Positions 63,042 to 64,000 of a stretch of DNA of 64,000 nt are shown here, one piece after another. The stretch lies in the NCBI RefSeq assembly GCF_009914755.1, contig NC_060947.1, one strand, 5' to 3'. Within the stretch, counting starts at the first letter, position 1; each line of letters begins with the position of its first letter. A program made the position numbers and the translations under genes. Under the pieces are notes generated by a model that had not been told where the DNA came from, did no database searches, and saw only the letters and a list, made by a program, of their open reading frames with translations. The stretch is from the human T2T-CHM13v2.0 reference genome, Homo sapiens.

Positions 63042-63419
63042 TAAAAGGGCATTTTTATTAGGTTGTCTTTAGTATCATTTGGCAAACTCAAGTGAGGGCT
63101 AGATTTTTGATGCGAGTGAAAGAAATGAAAATAGGGGTGGTTTGGATGGAAGGATAGTTGAAGGGATGGAAGGAATTAGTCTTTGACATAAATTATAGGA
63201 GTCTTGAATCCAACTGGGGAAGACTACCCCACACCCGCAATAAATAAGAAATCCTCAAATTTGCAAAGTAAATAACTGAGTTTTACTTGCTAAGCGGCAT
63301 TTTTGGTTGATTTGTGTGCTGTATCATAGAGTGCTGCATATTTTCGGACATCTCTTGCTTTAAAAACAATCACAGAGATTTCAATAGGGCCTGGGGTCAA
63401 ACTAATAATAGTAACAAAC

Positions 63420-63615
63420 GCTAGTTATTAAATATGCAATAAATAATAGGCACTTTTCCCAGAGTTTTCATACATTACATACAACCCAGAAATCCTACAA
63501 GGCAAGGCTTATCAAGGTCACTTCACAAAAAGCCTGAGCCTCATAGAGCTTTGCAATTTTCCTGACTTCACGTGGTTCATTAAGTGTCAAAATTAGAACC
63601 ATAGTCTGAATTTGT
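63420..63615 (-). mobile_element. MIR fragment
   Basis: acaaccc...cctacaaggc, cttcacaaaaagcctgagcctcatagag and ttagaaccatagtctga resemble reverse MIR. Confidence 0.55.
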
Positions 63616-64000
63616 TTAGAACCCACACTGTTGCACTCCTTCCTGCATGAAGCACATGTCTGTCTTTTAATTCATTTCTCTTCTCACTACTGCACTGTGT
63701 CTCTAGGCAATAAAAAGAAGGAACCTGGGGCCAGTGTACTAAATCCAGATGTAATAAATAATGGAGAAAATGAGAATTGAACACCATTTGGGGACTGCCC
63801 GTGGGCCTCATTTTCGTAGGGTCCATCCACCCCTAGCTCCAGGGTTCTTTGGGAGCTGATTTTGCCCAGGTGCTGGCACCTGGGACCAGATCCAGCACTT
63901 CCCAAATTACACTGTTCTTTCCTTGAGTCAGCCCCTGTGAGTCCTTGTGCCCAAATCTGGATCCTTACCTGCTGTCCAGCTCTTCCCTGCTTCCTTCCAT

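Overview
This is AT-rich, repeat-dense primate (human/ape-like) genomic DNA, probably X chromosome because MAGE-B genes cluster on Xp (inference). The only host-gene locus I can support is at the right end: a MAGE-B family gene resembling MAGEB10 (single-exon CDS 60684-61724, +) interrupted by one in-frame TAA. Upstream of it lie a ~505-bp tandem duplication of a CpG/ETS promoter-exon-1 module, a sense-oriented solo LTR12C with a C-rich expansion, and degenerate MAGE 5' repeat modules. The rest is transposon history: a full Tigger1 holding a complete MST (MaLR) provirus and two Alus, a full-length dead L1PA, a 957-bp internally deleted L1 with a perfect TSD, old L1M/L2/MIR/LTR fragments and many Alus. 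The most unusual observations are two locally templated insertion scars (a 33-bp copy of downstream flank inside L1 ORF2, and a 22-bp inverted copy of an LTR junction inside a TA-rich repeat), the mini-L1, a collapsed inverted Alu pair, and the promoter architecture of the MAGE-B locus. I see no prokaryotic-type system, CRISPR array, rRNA or tRNA, and I cannot claim a new biological system from this window. Repeat subfamily names come from my recollection of consensus sequences and need RepeatMasker confirmation.
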